Source: an uncultured Candidatus Bathyarchaeia archaeon
GTDB lineage: Archaea > Thermoproteota > Bathyarchaeia > 40CM-2-53-6 > JALHTG01
Length of the DNA: 36,009 bases
Direction: 5' to 3'
NCBI GenBank assembly: GCA_964529995.1
Contig: CAZGZF010000003.1
Coordinates: forward strand, 1 to 36,009
Each line of letters opens with the position of its first letter. The first letter of the stretch is position 1. The notes beneath the pieces are model-generated. The model saw only the letters and a list, made by a program, of their open reading frames with translations. It did not search any database and had not been told where the DNA came from. This document shows positions 1 to 13,722 of the stretch, one piece after another. Both the position numbers and the translations under genes were made by a program.

Positions 1-70
1 GACTGTTGAAACAAGCAAACTTTATTATGGTGTCCTTTTGCTAATAGCGTAAATCTCCTTTCGGACAAGT

Positions 71-83
71 GGAAAAGTTATAT
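71..83 (+). promoter_or_regulatory. Putative BRE/TATA promoter of the RNA polymerase operon
   Basis: Purine-rich GGAAAAG followed by TTATAT about 32 nt upstream of the rpo5 start. Confidence 0.5.
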
Positions 84-114
84 GGCGATTTTTTACCTCG
101 GAGGATTCTCCTGA

Positions 115-372
115 TTGGTGAAGGAAGAAAAGAAGAAAGTGTTCAACATCTTCCAGCACGAACTAGTTCCAAAACACACGGTCCTAAGAAAGAAGGACGC
201 AGAGGACATCTTGAGAAGATATCACGTTCGACCATACCAGTTTCCGTATGTCAAGGCTTCTGATCCCGGATGTCAGGCGATTGGAGCGAAGCCAGGGGAT
301 TTGGTCAAGATCGTCAGGCATAGCCCAACAGCAGGTGAGGCAATCGCCTATCGCTACGTTGTTGAAGACTGA
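115..372 (+). CDS. rpoH: DNA-directed RNA polymerase subunit H (Rpo5)
   Basis: HELVPKH...DP...GAKPGDLVKIVRHSPTAG..YRYV signature; first gene of the rpoH-B-A operon; start TTG115 or GTG118. Confidence 0.97.
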   Translation: MVKEEKKKVFNIFQHELVPKHTVLRKKDAEDILRRYHVRPYQFPYVKASDPGCQAIGAKPGDLVKIVRHSPTAGEAIAYRYVVED

Positions 373-389
373 TTCTTTGGTGATCTTTT

Positions 390-3300
390 TTGAGTCTTTC
401 TGACCAGGATTCTTGGTCTTTGTTCAGGAAGTTCTTCCAAGAGAGAGGCCTCGAGAGACAGCACATAGATTCTTACAATGATTTCATTGAGAGAGGGCTC
501 CAGGCAGTCGTGGATGAGATCGGAGAGATTCCAATAGAGACGGAGGAGTACGCGCTCAAGATCAGGCTTGGGAAGATCGAGATAGGTTCGCCAAGAGTCA
601 TTGAAGTTGACGGTTCTGAACGGCGGATCTATCCTACAGAGGCGAGAATCAGAAACCTGACATATTCTTCTCCACTTCGCCTCGAGATGGTCCCGATCGT
701 CGGCAACAGAGAGGGACAAACCGAAATGGTTTACATCGGTGACTTTCCCGTCATGTTGAAGTCAAAGATATGCCCCACTTCAAGGCTGACTCCTGATGAG
801 ATTCAGTCCATAGGCGAGGACCCGCTTGATCCAGGAGGCTACTTCATCGTCAACGGTTCAGAACGAGTCGTAGTAACACTCGAAGACTTGGCTCCGAACA
901 GGATACTTGTAGATATCGAGAAGACAGGCGCCACACCGACCTACAAGGCGAAAGTGTTCTCCACAACCGTCGGCTTCAGGGCTCGAACTGAAGCCACAAT
1001 GAAGACGGATGGCGCAATCTACCTCACCATGCCCGGAGTTCCTGCGGATCTGCCTGTGGTTGTCATGATGAAGGCGCTTGGACTCGAGGAGGACGCAAAG
1101 ATCGCCGAGGCAGTCTCGCCGGACAAAGCGATCCAAGACCAACTGGAATCCTCATTCGAGAAGGCGACAGGAGTTGTGACTCAAAAGGACGCCCTGCTGT
1201 TCATAGGCAACAGACTGGCTCCAGGACAGGTCGAGGAATATCGTCTCAGGAAGGCTGAGTCCCTTCTTGACCGGAACTTTTTGCCTCACCTAGACACAAA
1301 GTCGTCAAGCAGAAAGGAGAAGGCCCACTTCTTAGCTGAGATCATTTGCAGAGTGGTGGAGCTGAAGCTTGGAAGGCGGCAACCTGACGACAAGGATCAT
1401 TACGCCAATAAGAGGCTGAGGCTCGCGGGGTCTCTTCTCGCCGATCTTCTTCGGATAGCTTTTCGGAACCTGACGAGAGATCTGAAGTACCAACTTGAGA
1501 GAATCACTATCCGGCGCCATGTTGAGCTTTCCATATCTAACGCTGTAAGGCCCGGAATAATCACTGAAAGAATTCAACACGCCATCGCAACTGGGAACTG
1601 GGTTCGAGGTAGAGTCGGAGTCACTCAACTACTCGATAGAACGAACTTTACCTCCACGCTGAGCCACTTGAGAAGACTTCAATCCCCGCTCAGTAGAAGC
1701 CAGCCTAACCTCGAGGCAAGAGATCTTCATCCCACCCATTGGGGAAGGCTCTGCCCCAACGAGACTCCTGAAGGATCTAACTGCGGTCTAGTCAAGAATC
1801 TTGCGTTGCAGGCTACAGTGGCCATAGGGGTGGAACCAAGAGAGCTCGTCATCAGACTTCATCGAATGGGCGTGGTCGCAGTCGACGAAGCAGACAGGAA
1901 GCTCAGGTTGAACTCAGCAAAGGTCTTCGTCGACGGCATAATCGCAGGCTACTGCAGAGACCCGGAAGGTTTGGCGTCTGAGGTCCGGAGGCTGAGGAGA
2001 GAAGGAAAGATCAGTCTGGAAGTGAACATCGCCTACCACGCCTCAGAAGCACAGAACTCACGACCAGAGATTCACGTCAACTGCGATGCGGGCAGAGTGA
2101 GACGACCGCTGGTGATCGTTGAGAATGGAAAACCAAGACTCACGGAATCGCATGTGGAAAGGCTCCACCGCGACGAGATTCAATGGGAAGATCTAGTCAG
2201 AGAGAGCGTAGTCGAGTATCTAGACGCTGACGAAGAGGAGAACGCGTTAGTAGCCTTGGGCCAGACCAAGATCAACAGCAAGACCACGCACCTTGAGATA
2301 GCGCCCTACACGATCCTAGGTATATGCGGGTCAGTGATACCGTTTTCTGAGCACAATCAGTCCCCCAGGAACGCTTACGAGTCTGCCATGGCAAAACAAG
2401 CACTAGGCGTCTTTTCAACCAACCACTTCAACAGAGCAGACTCAAGATCACACTTGCTTCACTATCCCGAGAGCCCTCTCGTAAGGACAAAAGCCATGGA
2501 CATTATCGGTTACGACACCAGGCCGTCAGGTCAGAATTGCATCGTGGCAGTGATGTCATTCCAAGGATACAACATGGAGGACGCCTTCGTCATAAACAAG
2601 GCGTCAATCGAACGCGGGTTGGGGCGGTCCTCATTTTTCAGAGTATATGAAGCACAGTGCAGACAATACCTCGGAGGGCTCAGAGACAAGTTCGGAACCC
2701 CCGAACCCGAAGTGAGAGGGTACAGAGGCGACAGATACTACAGGCTTCTCGAAGGGGACGGAATAATCACGGTTGAGTCACCTGTAACAGGAAACGTAGT
2801 CCTAATAGGAAGAACAAGCCCGCCGAGATTCCTCGAAGAATATAGAGAGTTCGAGGTAAGAGGGCCGACGAGGCGCGACTCATCGGTATGCATGAGGCCT
2901 TCCGAGTCGGGAGTTGTCGATTTCGTTTCGATCTCTGACTCCATAGAGGGGAGCCAGCTGGTAAAAGTAAAGGTGAGGGATCTGAGGATTCCCGAGCTCG
3001 GAGACAAGTTCGCTTCTAGGCATGGCCAAAAAGGTGTTGTGGGGCTGATCGCACCTAGCGAGGACATGCCATTCACAGAGGACGGAGTAGTCCCTGACAT
3101 AGTGATCAACCCACACGCCATACCGTCGAGAATGACTATTGGACAACTTGCAGAATCGATAGGCGGAAAGGTCGCAGCACTCAGAGGCTCACCTGTGGAT
3201 GGTACACCATTCTCGAATGAGAACCTGGACCTAGTCAGGAATTCTCTCCTCAAACTTGGCTTCCAACATGGCGGCAGAGAGGTCATGTACAGCGGCATCA

Positions 3301-3737
3301 CAGGAAAGAAGCTTGTAGCAGAGATCTTCGTCGGTGTCGTCTACTACCAGAAACTGCACCACATGGTCGCAGACAAGATGCACGCAAGAGCGCGAGGGCA
3401 AGTCCAGATGCTGACAAGGCAGCCAACTGAGGGAAGGGCTCGCGGAGGGGGACTCAGATTCGGAGAAATGGAGCGGGACTGCCTCATAGGTCACGGAGCA
3501 TCCGCTCTGCTGAGAGATCGACTCCTAGAGGAATCGGATAGGGCAATCGTGCTGGTCTGCGAGAACTGCGGACTCCTGAGCTACTACGACATAAAGCAGA
3601 ACAGGTACACATGCCGCATTTGCGGAGACAAGGCGGTCATCTCTCCCGCAGCAATTTCGTACGCCTTCAAGCTTCTGACTCAAGAATTGATGGCGCTCGG
3701 CATTGCGCCTAGAATAGAGTTGCAGGAGAGAGCATGA
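390..3737 (+). CDS. rpoB: DNA-directed RNA polymerase subunit B (Rpo2), unsplit
   Basis: 1115 aa; GGYFIVNGSERV, CPNETPEG, GYNMEDA, GDKFASRHGQKG, GGLRFGEMERDC motifs; C-terminal CxxC...CxxC zinc site. Confidence 0.99.
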   Translation: MSLSDQDSWSLFRKFFQERGLERQHIDSYNDFIERGLQAVVDEIGEIPIETEEYALKIRLGKIEIGSPRVIEVDGSERRIYPTEARIRNLTYSSPLRLEMVPIVGNREGQTEMVYIGDFPVMLKSKICPTSRLTPDEIQSIGEDPLDPGGYFIVNGSERVVVTLEDLAPNRILVDIEKTGATPTYKAKVFSTTVGFRARTEATMKTDGAIYLTMPGVPADLPVVVMMKALGLEEDAKIAEAVSPDKAIQDQLESSFEKATGVVTQKDALLFIGNRLAPGQVEEYRLRKAESLLDRNFLPHLDTKSSSRKEKAHFLAEIICRVVELKLGRRQPDDKDHYANKRLRLAGSLLADLLRIAFRNLTRDLKYQLERITIRRHVELSISNAVRPGIITERIQHAIATGNWVRGRVGVTQLLDRTNFTSTLSHLRRLQSPLSRSQPNLEARDLHPTHWGRLCPNETPEGSNCGLVKNLALQATVAIGVEPRELVIRLHRMGVVAVDEADRKLRLNSAKVFVDGIIAGYCRDPEGLASEVRRLRREGKISLEVNIAYHASEAQNSRPEIHVNCDAGRVRRPLVIVENGKPRLTESHVERLHRDEIQWEDLVRESVVEYLDADEEENALVALGQTKINSKTTHLEIAPYTILGICGSVIPFSEHNQSPRNAYESAMAKQALGVFSTNHFNRADSRSHLLHYPESPLVRTKAMDIIGYDTRPSGQNCIVAVMSFQGYNMEDAFVINKASIERGLGRSSFFRVYEAQCRQYLGGLRDKFGTPEPEVRGYRGDRYYRLLEGDGIITVESPVTGNVVLIGRTSPPRFLEEYREFEVRGPTRRDSSVCMRPSESGVVDFVSISDSIEGSQLVKVKVRDLRIPELGDKFASRHGQKGVVGLIAPSEDMPFTEDGVVPDIVINPHAIPSRMTIGQLAESIGGKVAALRGSPVDGTPFSNENLDLVRNSLLKLGFQHGGREVMYSGITGKKLVAEIFVGVVYYQKLHHMVADKMHARARGQVQMLTRQPTEGRARGGGLRFGEMERDCLIGHGASALLRDRLLEESDRAIVLVCENCGLLSYYDIKQNRYTCRICGDKAVISPAAISYAFKLLTQELMALGIAPRIELQERA

Positions 3738-3738
3738 C

Positions 3739-7559
<3,821 letters not shown>

Positions 7560-7563
<4 letters not shown>

Positions 7564-7877
7564 TCGACATATCGAAGCAGTTAAAACTGGCCGTCAAGAG
7601 CGGTAAGGTGTCGTTTGGATGCAACGAGGCTCTCGAGGCTGCCAGAAGTAGGAAAGCAAAGTTGATCGTCTTGGCGTCGAACTGTCCTGAGTCAGCCAGG
7701 TCTGCAATCCTCCACAGTGCCAGACTTTCGGACCTGCCAGTGTATGTCTACCCAGGCTCCAGTGCCGACCTAAGAGCAGTCTGCGAGAAGCCGTTCCTTG
7801 TTGCAGCTGTGACTGTTCGCGAGCCAGGGGATTCGGAAATACTGAAGACCATAGGGGTCAAAGATGTCGGTAGCTAG
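7560..7877 (+). CDS. rpl30e: 50S ribosomal protein L30e
   Basis: KSGKVSFG..KAKLIVLASNCP..PGDSEIL pattern; canonical position between rpoA and nusA; ATGA overlap. Confidence 0.95.
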
Positions 7878-8301
7878 GATCAAGCTGACAGGCGACGAGA
7901 TGAAGTGCATTGCGCTCTTCGAGAGCGTGACGGGCGCAACCGCCAAAGACTGTGTCATCGACGAGAAGGCTGAGCGAATAATCTTCCTTGCAAAGCAAGG
8001 CGACATGGGCCTCGCCATCGGAAAGGCTGGAAAGAACATCCAAGCGCTGAGAAAGATCACAGGTCGTCAGGTAGAGGTCGTCGAACAGGCTGACACACCT
8101 GAGCAACTTATCAGAAACGCATTGGCCCCGGCCAAGGTGAAAGAGATCAGGACTACCGAAAGCCCAGACAGGAAGATCGTCGTGGTGGAAGTCGAGCCCA
8201 GAGACAAGGCTCTTGCCATAGGAAGGAACGGTCGAACGATCGACAAGACCAGGATGCTCGCGAAGAGATACTTCCAGATTGACCATGTTGTGATAACTTA
8301 G
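7864..8301 (+). CDS. nusA: Archaeal NusA (two KH domains)
   Basis: FESVTGA..KDC, AIGKAGKNI and AIGRNGRTI KH loops; follows L30e. Confidence 0.96.
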   Translation: MSVARIKLTGDEMKCIALFESVTGATAKDCVIDEKAERIIFLAKQGDMGLAIGKAGKNIQALRKITGRQVEVVEQADTPEQLIRNALAPAKVKEIRTTESPDRKIVVVEVEPRDKALAIGRNGRTIDKTRMLAKRYFQIDHVVIT

Positions 8302-8319
8302 CCCTTCAATGGGCGTCCA

Positions 8320-9615
8320 CTACCTTTTCTGCTGCCTTGCGAACTGCTCGGCCACCCTCAGGAACTCATCAATTTCCGCTTCGGTATGAGCCGTTGAGAT
8401 TGCACAGTGCACTAGCTCAGGCGTCAAGCAGAAGATTCCCTTGTCTAAGAGATAATACATGAACTTCCTTGAGACCTCTAGGTCTCCGCCGCTGACGTCA
8501 ACAATGTTCCTGGGAGGAGTCCTCGTGAAGTGGCATCCAAAGATCGACCCAACCCCGGTCGCCTGAAATTCAATGTTAGCTCGTTCCATTATCTCCGTCA
8601 AGCCTTGACGCGCTTTCTCGCCGAGCTTGCCTATCCGGTCGTATACAGAGCCATCTTCCAAGATCTTCAAAGTCGCGAGACCTGCAGCCATAGAGACCGG
8701 ATTTCCCGTATGAGTTCCTCCTAGGAACGAATACTCTGAACCCTTGTACTTTGTGTGATCCATTCGCTCCATGATGTCTGCTCTACCCGTGATTGCTCCG
8801 ATCGGAAGCCCTCCCCCGGCGATCTTCCCAAGAACTGTCAGATCCGGGCGAACTCCATAAGCTTCTTGGGCTCCTCCCGGTCCCAATCTAAAGCCTGTGA
8901 CGATCTCGTCAAAGACGAGCAGAGTGCTCTCCTCCCGGCAGAGTTCAGCAAGGCCTCTTAGGAACTCCTTCTCAGCTGGAATCATACCCCCTGCACCCAT
9001 AACGGGTTCAATCAAGACACATGCAAGCTGCTTTCCCTTCATAGACCTCCTCACTCCATCGAGGTCGTTGTAGGGAAGTACAACTGTGTCTTGTAACGAC
9101 CCGGGTGTCAATCCTCCTGAGGCCACCTCAACGGGAAGCTTCACGGCCACGTGCAGCGGATCATATCCACCATGCCAGTTTCCCTCGAACTTTCCGATTC
9201 GAGTTCTGCCAGTGTAAGTTCTGGCGAGTCTGACGACATACATATTTGCCTCCGTTCCTGATCCTGTAAATCTTATCAACTGGGCTGAGGGCACCATCTT
9301 GACTATCTGGTCGGCCAGTTTGGCCTCCAGCTCGTGAGCCACTCCGTAGTGGAAGTCTTTCTCAATCTGCTCTCTGACAGCCTCGACGACTTTTGGGTGG
9401 CGGTGACCCAATATCAAAGCAAAATGCGCGCACCAGTAGTCAGTATAAGTATTGCCGTCGATGTCGAAGAGCTTGCTCCCCTTTGCGTTTGTGACACAGA
9501 ACGGATATGGCTCTATGAATCGTATCTTGTATGAGACTCCCGCGGGAAAGAGCATCTTCGCCCTTTCATATGCTTGTCTTGAGCGAGGAGTCCTTCGTTC
9601 ATATTGTTCACTCAT
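8320..9615 (-). CDS. Class III PLP aminotransferase, glutamate-1-semialdehyde 2,1-aminomutase-like
   Basis: SGTEA, FEGNWHG, FDEIVTGFR, PLP lysine in GKIAGGGLP, GTHTGNP; lacks the usual HemL GVNSPVR N-terminal motif. Confidence 0.85.
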   Translation of the reverse strand: MSEQYERRTPRSRQAYERAKMLFPAGVSYKIRFIEPYPFCVTNAKGSKLFDIDGNTYTDYWCAHFALILGHRHPKVVEAVREQIEKDFHYGVAHELEAKLADQIVKMVPSAQLIRFTGSGTEANMYVVRLARTYTGRTRIGKFEGNWHGGYDPLHVAVKLPVEVASGGLTPGSLQDTVVLPYNDLDGVRRSMKGKQLACVLIEPVMGAGGMIPAEKEFLRGLAELCREESTLLVFDEIVTGFRLGPGGAQEAYGVRPDLTVLGKIAGGGLPIGAITGRADIMERMDHTKYKGSEYSFLGGTHTGNPVSMAAGLATLKILEDGSVYDRIGKLGEKARQGLTEIMERANIEFQATGVGSIFGCHFTRTPPRNIVDVSGGDLEVSRKFMYYLLDKGIFCLTPELVHCAISTAHTEAEIDEFLRVAEQFARQQKR

Positions 9616-9666
9616 TCGGTATTCAACCTTCGTTGACGAGCTGCCCCAGAGTGTTTTTCCAAAAGG

Positions 9667-9846
9667 TTAAGCCTTTCGGAGCTCCTGCGAATCGACCCTC
9701 TCAAATTCTTCCTTGGGAGCTCCACAGATTGGACATGCCCAGTCCGGACCTAAATCTTCAAACCTTGTTCCAGGCAGTATCTGTTGATCAGGAAACCCAT
9801 TCGCCTCGTCGTAGACCCACCCGCAGACCCGGCATCTCCACCTCAA
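9667..9846 (-). CDS. Rubredoxin (59 aa, not in the ORF track)
   Basis: Manual translation from TTG9846: [59 protein letters not shown]; CxxCG..YD..G....I.PGT.FEDL..DW.CP.CG..K..F rubredoxin consensus. Confidence 0.95.
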   Translation of the reverse strand: MRWRCRVCGWVYDEANGFPDQQILPGTRFEDLGPDWACPICGAPKEEFERVDSQELRKA

Positions 9847-10007
9847 GACGACCCCTCTGCCAACTTGTCAGCTGCGATCCTGCCGAACTCAACGTACCTC
9901 TCCATGTCCTCTTCGGGTAACACGTATTGCACTTAAGGACTTGGACTGAGGGCCCTGAGGCCCGTAGCCGTTACCTCGCTCTTCACAACCTTTGCTCCTC
10001 CTCCATC
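9843..10007 (-). pseudogene. Truncated C-terminal fragment resembling the flavodoxin domain of a flavodiiron protein (FprA), with an in-frame TAA
   Basis: [53 protein letters not shown]; TAA at 9935-9933; stop overlaps the rubredoxin TTG (TTGA). Confidence 0.6.
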
Positions 10008-10065
10008 TAACGCGGGCTTATATTGTGCGGGTTAGACTTGGGTGGCATTCGGAATGGTGTTGGCG

Positions 10066-10287
10066 ATGAGAGAAGAAGTTGAGAAGGCCCTTGAAGAGTT
10101 GAGACCTAACCTGCAGGCAGACGGTGGAAACGTAGAACTTGTAGATGTCAAAGACGGCGTGGTCAAGGTAAGACTGACAGGAGCATGCGCAGGATGCCCC
10201 ATGTCCCAGATGACTCTGCAGTGGGGAGTTGAACAGTTTCTGAAGAAGAAGGTACCTGACATTCAGAGGGTCGAGTCTGTCAAGTGA
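10066..10287 (+). CDS. NifU C-terminal/NfuA-type Fe-S cluster carrier
   Basis: LRPNLQADGGNVELV..V.VRLTGACAGCPMS.MTL signature; ATG10066 is the likelier start than 10042. Confidence 0.93.
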   Translation: MREEVEKALEELRPNLQADGGNVELVDVKDGVVKVRLTGACAGCPMSQMTLQWGVEQFLKKKVPDIQRVESVK

Positions 10288-10494
10288 GATTTCCACTCGG
10301 ACCGACAAGCCCCGCTCACCGCAACTCGTGATTAATCTCTTCATGAAGAAGAGCTCTTGTGTTATTCGAACCCAGGTCTAGACGCAAGATCTGAGCAGGT
10401 AAGACCTTGCTCCTCAAATGTGCTTCCTGTTCCCCACGTTTTTCAATTCTAGTCCGACAGAAAGAAAAGGATCTGACTTGAGACCATATTTCCC

Positions 10495-11154
10495 ATGGCT
10501 ACGCTGGGCATGGGTCACATGAATCTCGAATTACTGATCTCGCAGATTCGCAATCTTGAAGCAAGTGCCGTTGCATTCCAAGTGGAGGAGAGACTGAGAG
10601 AGTTCAAGCTCCTTCACTCCAAAGGAAACGAGGAATGGTTCTCGGAGCTTTGCTTCTGTATCCTTACCGCCAACTCCACCGCAAGGCTAGCGATAAGGAT
10701 TCAACAGGAAATAGGCGCAGAAGGATTTCTTACACTACCTGAAGAAGAAATCGCAAGAAGACTAGAAAGGCTGGGACATAGATTCAGCCAGCGGCGAGCG
10801 CAGTTCATTGTCCTGGCCCGAGAATTCAGCCACATCAAGAATCTTCTAGTGGGTATCGGAGACGAAGGACGGGCTCGTCAATGGCTTGTCGAGAACGTCA
10901 TGGGTTTGGGATACAAGGAAGCGAGTCACTTTCTGAGAAACGTGGGATATGATAATGTGGCCATTCTCGATAGGCATATCTTGAGAATAATGCGCGAATA
11001 TGATATGGTTGAAGAGGTCCCGAAGGGACTTACAAGACGTAGATATGTGAATCTTGAAGCCAGACTTCAAAGTCTCGCCACAAGGCTAAATATGCCTCTC
11101 TCAAGGCTCGACCTCTACCTCTGGTACATGAAGACCGGCGCTGTGCTAAAGTAG
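10495..11154 (+). CDS. ogg: 8-oxoguanine DNA glycosylase/AP lyase (Ogg2 family)
   Basis: ELCFCILTAN, HhH motif GLGYKEASHFLRNVG, ILDRHILR, C-terminal lysine in KTGAVLK. Confidence 0.93.
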   Translation: MATLGMGHMNLELLISQIRNLEASAVAFQVEERLREFKLLHSKGNEEWFSELCFCILTANSTARLAIRIQQEIGAEGFLTLPEEEIARRLERLGHRFSQRRAQFIVLAREFSHIKNLLVGIGDEGRARQWLVENVMGLGYKEASHFLRNVGYDNVAILDRHILRIMREYDMVEEVPKGLTRRRYVNLEARLQSLATRLNMPLSRLDLYLWYMKTGAVLK

Positions 11155-11215
11155 AGGAACTCCCTGTCTTCCTAGGTCAACCTCAAAGAAAGCAGCAGGA
11201 ACGGAGTCCGCTCAA

Positions 11216-12391
11216 TTGCCAGCGAATCTGACTGCGGAGGCGAAAGGACTATGGAACAAGGCCTCTCAAGCCAAGACGGTGGAAGAGAAGATCCATGCAC
11301 TTCAAGAGTTCCTGTCGGCAGTTCCAAAACATAAAGGAAACGAAAGGCTTCGAGCGCAGGTCAAACGCAAGATAGCGATTCTCAAGTTGGAGGCAACTGA
11401 GCGAAAGCAGAGGAGAGCTGGCGGAAGGGGGGAAGGTTGGTTCATACAGAAGCAGGGGGCGGCGCAGATGGTGCTGATCGGTCAGACAAACGTCGGCAGA
11501 AGCAGCTTGCTTTCAAGGCTAACGAACGCGAAGCCCGCGATCGCTTCTCGCAAGTTCACGACCACCCGCCCCGTTCCCGGGATAATGAACTTCGAAGATC
11601 TTCAGTTTCAGCTGGTTGAAGCTCCTGCACTGGTAAGAGGTGCTGCCGACGGAGAAGGTTGGGGCCTTCAGACTCTTGGTCTTGCCAGAAATGCGGACGG
11701 CATTATCGTCGTCGTAGACCTCTCCGAAGATCCTGTGAATCAGCTCGACATTGTACTGGCCGAGCTGGAAGGTGCAAGGATCTCTGCAAAGCGGTCTGGT
11801 TCAAACATCTTGATAACCCGACCCAAAGAAGGTGGGGGAATCCGGGTGATGGTTTCTGGGCATCTTCTCGACTGCAACATCGGAAATGTACAGACGCTGC
11901 TTGCGGAATATGGGCTAAGCAACGCGGTAATCCGAATAGTCGGAGAAGCCCGACTGAACGACGTTGAAGACGCGTTGTTGGAAGCTACGACTGTCTTCAA
12001 GCCCACGATTGTGGCCGCAAATAAACTAGACATCCCGGGGGCAAGAAAGAATCTGGAAGCTCTGTCTCAGAAGGCAGCAGACCTGCCAGTCATACCTGTT
12101 TCATGTATGACCGGCGAGAACCTCCGTCAGATCGGAGATGCAGCGTTTGGGGCACTCAGCATCATCCGCGTCTACACAAAGGAGCCAAACGAAGACGAGC
12201 GCACGACTGAGCCTTTTGTCCTTCCCAGAGGATCTACTGTTGGTGAACTGGCGAAGAGGATTCATACCGAACTCCATGAGAACTTTCGATTCGCGCGAGT
12301 CTGGGGCTCGACTCCCAAGTACCCTGGAGAAAAAGTCGGGCTTGAGTATGTTCTCGGCGATCGAGACATAGTGGAGATTCACACAAGGTAA
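11216..12391 (+). CDS. DRG/Obg-family GTPase with C-terminal TGS domain and atypical G1/G3 motifs
   Basis: MPANL N-terminus, PKHKG, G1 GQTNVGRS, G2 FTT, G4 NKLD, TGS IRVYTK...IH...FARVWG. Confidence 0.9.
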   Translation: MPANLTAEAKGLWNKASQAKTVEEKIHALQEFLSAVPKHKGNERLRAQVKRKIAILKLEATERKQRRAGGRGEGWFIQKQGAAQMVLIGQTNVGRSSLLSRLTNAKPAIASRKFTTTRPVPGIMNFEDLQFQLVEAPALVRGAADGEGWGLQTLGLARNADGIIVVVDLSEDPVNQLDIVLAELEGARISAKRSGSNILITRPKEGGGIRVMVSGHLLDCNIGNVQTLLAEYGLSNAVIRIVGEARLNDVEDALLEATTVFKPTIVAANKLDIPGARKNLEALSQKAADLPVIPVSCMTGENLRQIGDAAFGALSIIRVYTKEPNEDERTTEPFVLPRGSTVGELAKRIHTELHENFRFARVWGSTPKYPGEKVGLEYVLGDRDIVEIHTR

Positions 12392-12396
12392 AGAGG

Positions 12397-12948
12397 CTAG
12401 GCACTGACTCTTTCGAGATACCTAGCTGGAATGTACGGCGACAGGTATGTGTTCCCAGCCGAGCAGAACTGAATCCCTTCCTTGCAAGCTGTCAACGCAT
12501 AGACCCTATAGACAACCGGATCGGCGTCCCTGCGTCTTCCCACAGACAAGGCGTCCTCGACAGTCAGGGATAGATGGACGTAGGCTCTCCTCTTTGGGAT
12601 GAGTCCAATGCGCTCGATGTTAATGCAGAATCTTCTCGCGGTCCCATGAAAGAGATATTCAGGAGGGATCACTGCTTCGTAGCGCACTGTGTCAACCACA
12701 GTGTGTCCATATAGAGCTCTCATCCGCCCGTCTCTGATCTCAAATCTCCTCTTAGATGATGAAGCGACCAGATTGAGCAGATCCTGTCGTCCTACGCACC
12801 CCCATCTCGGCTCCGCGCCTATAGCTGCGACAAGCTCATCCAGTGACACGAAGCCATCCCTATCGAGAGTTAGACCGAATTCTTTGGGCGCATGCCTCAA
12901 TACATATGACAGGAGGCGACTCAAGGACTCGAACCTGTCTCGAACCAT
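12397..12948 (-). CDS. kptA: RNA 2'-phosphotransferase, Tpt1/KptA family
   Basis: SYVLRH.P, KRRFE, RALYGH, HGT, YVHLS motifs. Confidence 0.93.
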   Translation of the reverse strand: MVRDRFESLSRLLSYVLRHAPKEFGLTLDRDGFVSLDELVAAIGAEPRWGCVGRQDLLNLVASSSKRRFEIRDGRMRALYGHTVVDTVRYEAVIPPEYLFHGTARRFCINIERIGLIPKRRAYVHLSLTVEDALSVGRRRDADPVVYRVYALTACKEGIQFCSAGNTYLSPYIPARYLERVSA

Positions 12949-13027
12949 AAGCCCTCACACGAACCTTACCAAGGCCGGCTCGAAAGATTTTTGGACATGC
13001 CAAGTGTACTCGGTGAAGAGATTCGAC

Positions 13028-13642
13028 ATGATATTCGAACAGATACGTGCCTCCAACTCCGACAATTTCTCCTATCTAATCGCCGATGACGAGAGTCGTG
13101 AAGCCGCGGTCGTCGACCCTGCGTTTCCTACCGCCCCCGTGAGATCTGCCGTTGATAGATACAAAGTACGAGTGAAATACATAATCAACACGCATGGACA
13201 CCGAGATCATACATCAGGGAATTCTGAGCTTACGGAGGCCACAGAGGGAAAGGTAGCAGCCCACGTGAATTTCACGCACCCGAGAGACATCTCTCTCGAG
13301 GACGGAGAATTCCTTACGCTTGGACGACTCAAGATCAGAGTTCTCCATACGCCAGGGCACACGCCGGATAGCATCTGCCTGCTAGTCAACAAGAAGTTGC
13401 TTACAGGGGACACCCTCTTCGTCGGCGAATGTGGAAGAACAGATCTGTCGGGAGGGGACTCTGTGCAATTGTACGAGAGTCTGTTCAACAAGATACTCAG
13501 ACTAGAAGATGATGTTGAGATCTACCCAGGCCATGATTACGGTCCGAGGCCTTCATCAACCTTGGGAGTTGAGAGGAGAACCAATTACACTCTCGAACCC
13601 AGAACCTTGGAGGAATTCATCGACTTCATGTCAGAGCCATAA
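13028..13642 (+). CDS. MBL-fold metallohydrolase (glyoxalase II / ETHE1-like)
   Basis: THGHRDH, HTPGHT, TGDTLF..GRTD, PGHDY motifs; likely start ATG13028, since the upstream part of ORF 12689 is antisense to kptA. Confidence 0.9.
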   Translation: MIFEQIRASNSDNFSYLIADDESREAAVVDPAFPTAPVRSAVDRYKVRVKYIINTHGHRDHTSGNSELTEATEGKVAAHVNFTHPRDISLEDGEFLTLGRLKIRVLHTPGHTPDSICLLVNKKLLTGDTLFVGECGRTDLSGGDSVQLYESLFNKILRLEDDVEIYPGHDYGPRPSSTLGVERRTNYTLEPRTLEEFIDFMSEP

Positions 13643-13722
13643 TCCAGCAGATGCGAAATGCTTATTGCGATATCCTAGGTACCAAGACAAATTCCGCTGT
13701 GGACTTGGCTGAAGGATTCAAA

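Noticed and set aside
8320-9615. Calling this hemL of a heme pathway
   Set aside because: Diagnostic HemL N-terminal motif is altered and no other tetrapyrrole genes are adjacent
9531-9920. 129-aa plus-strand ORF
   Set aside because: Antisense to the rubredoxin and aminotransferase; no recognisable motif
12689-13027. N-terminal extension of the 317-aa MBL ORF
   Set aside because: Mostly antisense shadow of kptA; the MBL domain begins at ATG13028
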